The position numbers and the translations under genes were made by a program. From an uncultured Gammaproteobacteria bacterium (lineage in GTDB: Bacteria > Pseudomonadota > Gammaproteobacteria > JAURND01): 64,000 nt of DNA. Below are positions 63,201-64,000 of the stretch, in pieces. The stretch covers positions 288,001 through 352,000 of the forward strand of contig CAVQQD010000003.1 in NCBI GenBank assembly GCA_963714975.1, given 5' to 3'. Position 1 is the stretch's first letter; every line of letters starts with the position of its first letter. The notes under the pieces were generated by a model, which had not been told where the DNA came from, made no database searches, and saw only the letters and a list, made by a program, of their open reading frames with translations.

Positions 63201-64000
63201 ACTTACGTACGATAAGGCTTTAAACATTGTGGATGAAGCTAAAAGAGCTGCATTATTTGATATGGCGACAGATACAGAACGTGGAAAAGATTTAAGTTTT
63301 TATGAGGTGATTGCAAGGGATGTTGCTTCAGAAAAGAAACAGTTGGGTACCTCAGAATTAAAACAATTGAACTCCGTTCCCGGTGGCGGCTTGGAAAGTA
63401 CACCGCCAAAAGAAAAGTCATTTGCCTGGGGGCGCTTTTTTTCTTCTTCAAAGAATACAGCAAGCCCTCTGCTCGCGGAAGCTACTGGCGAAATAAAGCC
63501 TAAATCTCTCGAGGGTGCGCTGGAAAAGCTAAAGATTGAGTCTTCGATGAAATTGCCGCTAAATGATGCTGCTAGAGTGGCAGATTTTAAAGCAGCATTC
63601 GAACAACTATGCCTTCTTGAATCTCAGGACCAAGATCCTGCCATAAAACAATTTAAATTCGATCCTGATTGGGCTATTTTTAGCTTGTCTTCAATGGTCG
63701 CTATCGACGATTTGCAAAAATTCTTAGAGAAACAGCAGGAAATCATTAAAGAATCACACCATTTAAATCCATTGCTTAAGCAAATTTTAAAGAAATTTCA
63801 GCAGCTCAAAGATGACGTAGATGATGAAGATGACGATAGTGATGAGGTGAATAGGTATCAGCAGTATCAGGATATTAATCTGCTCTTAAAAAAATATCAG
63901 ATGAAGGAGCTCGAGCTGCATGAAGTCAACGGATTTGCCGCAAACATTCAGGATAAGGATGAGTTGAATTGGTTTCTTGCCAATGCTATTCAAAACGGGT
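60226..64000 (+). CDS. Large hypothetical protein (>1250 aa, runs off the window's right edge): two N-terminal TMs, Pro/Ser-rich linker, helical repeats
   Basis: Open frame from ATG 60226 (MQEHKSKSNG...) to the window end; absent from the ORF track because it has no stop. Confidence 0.85.
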   Translation, partial: MQEHKSKSNGVNNSLNPPLTSWIAIGSLDLFANLAAGYFLWQNFGLAGITITISIVAIQAALALTIAVYRWQKVHPEPVQKVKTRRVVHEQKLNLEDNNQQQQAILAPELLRSEEAESRLASNNSSAASRYSLLIPKPQENSRVIIENFPRRNQEKRHSRKRHQRRSDSSTVSEKGGSDSGIPKKRSISPRQQSSTKKEEFSVDEPGQKNQTVISNNNPPALLVESKSDVSPPDISPPPNDMDIPNIRLDHQLNKGEISTISTNIIRGTFATPSSYEKKKITSSADNLLEKQEPGTVELNQSDNESKTLQNNDLSIPEQRGRRKMLAWEDLPEGLGEFISFRRPTSQDLPFNASIVVESEEEIAGYDAVPHSKKPPVEDQNIGVRSEDERADHVALNPVPEGKGNGQSPSPSSAPDPSLNNPFNLNFDVIPLESIKNPSGSNPPPSISSTVSEISKSNEWQPIRPPSPPKQPKPEVKVTAEAADPIEVMLKSTEETLALMESNYKREKSKLGQAIKDSNKQGLDAIFGLLSDSINLRRQINEQKVARKQSITQFALEAKTTAADDDNKQLLESFEKDFVEIALKELKNNVDDVVNQNKFTVIFEMLFDIIALRQKLGLDPEPIVEKFTPNFNLKDTDSCWVIFKMTLPQPIEFMDDFIKNKETPLLADIFTAIKSNLTNAMEAQAFKALTSSTWMNRSRVENFKSGFQQLLGVIQLRKRLGLDTSVTIEKFKCTESDIFKLTSSVDIKRVQTFLQETQEIEAVKAIPGLVSAIEQIREKLSAQLTNNFQGSVVEEKGTHNVDSDQATTPGSVTPDEDKGTNKLKEMEQELKPKLVGLTSTWLDKSTELAQLEKVKNFQDTLDFLVEKVNELTSDFSSDSDKLIPQLVKNFTYNANWAIAKLTSCQAIAQVQDFLGEKLKAIQNSDKLKPLASNIQDIQKKLQEKRDKDIAGLLEQINKPGWTLTSPIPNFLNNIMNRAELRTYLGKALEENKLTYDKALNIVDEAKRAALFDMATDTERGKDLSFYEVIARDVASEKKQLGTSELKQLNSVPGGGLESTPPKEKSFAWGRFFSSSKNTASPLLAEATGEIKPKSLEGALEKLKIESSMKLPLNDAARVADFKAAFEQLCLLESQDQDPAIKQFKFDPDWAIFSLSSMVAIDDLQKFLEKQQEIIKESHHLNPLLKQILKKFQQLKDDVDDEDDDSDEVNRYQQYQDINLLLKKYQMKELELHEVNGFAANIQDKDELNWFLANAIQNG

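Noticed and set aside
60429-63463. Short ORFs across 60.4-63.5 kb
   Set aside because: They are antisense or off-frame shadows of the long + strand ORF starting at 60226.

Overview
This is a chromosomal window from a gammaproteobacterium whose gene content suggests a host-associated Legionellales/Coxiellales-like lineage (inference, not a database result). The housekeeping backbone comprises nrdA, serS, ispH, ubiX, topA-smg-dprA, xseB-ispA-dxs, ccmGHI, dapA-bamC-purC, tsaB-hemL, waaA-pepP-ubiH, prs and three tRNAs. Interleaved with it are effector-like genes: duplicated eukaryote-like kinases, duplicated Sel1 proteins, an inverted paralog pair, a 1297-aa protein and a >1250-aa repeat protein. 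Several of these carry PmrA-like boxes. A decayed island at tRNA-Ser holds a TA pair, a group II intron 3' remnant, a broken TnpB element and an intact IS621-like IS110. The main result concerns that IS110: its bridge RNA can be read directly from the sequence, and its target guides match the right end of the IS200/IS605 (TnpB) element into which it has inserted. One RNA-guided mobile element therefore appears programmed against another. The second result is that five families of palindromic repeats have inserted in frame into protein-coding genes (dprA, tsaB, ubiH, bamC, an AAA-ATPase and possibly an SDR). Several single-base frameshifts, including one in nrdA, may be assembly errors. All product calls come from motif recognition and synteny; no searches were run.
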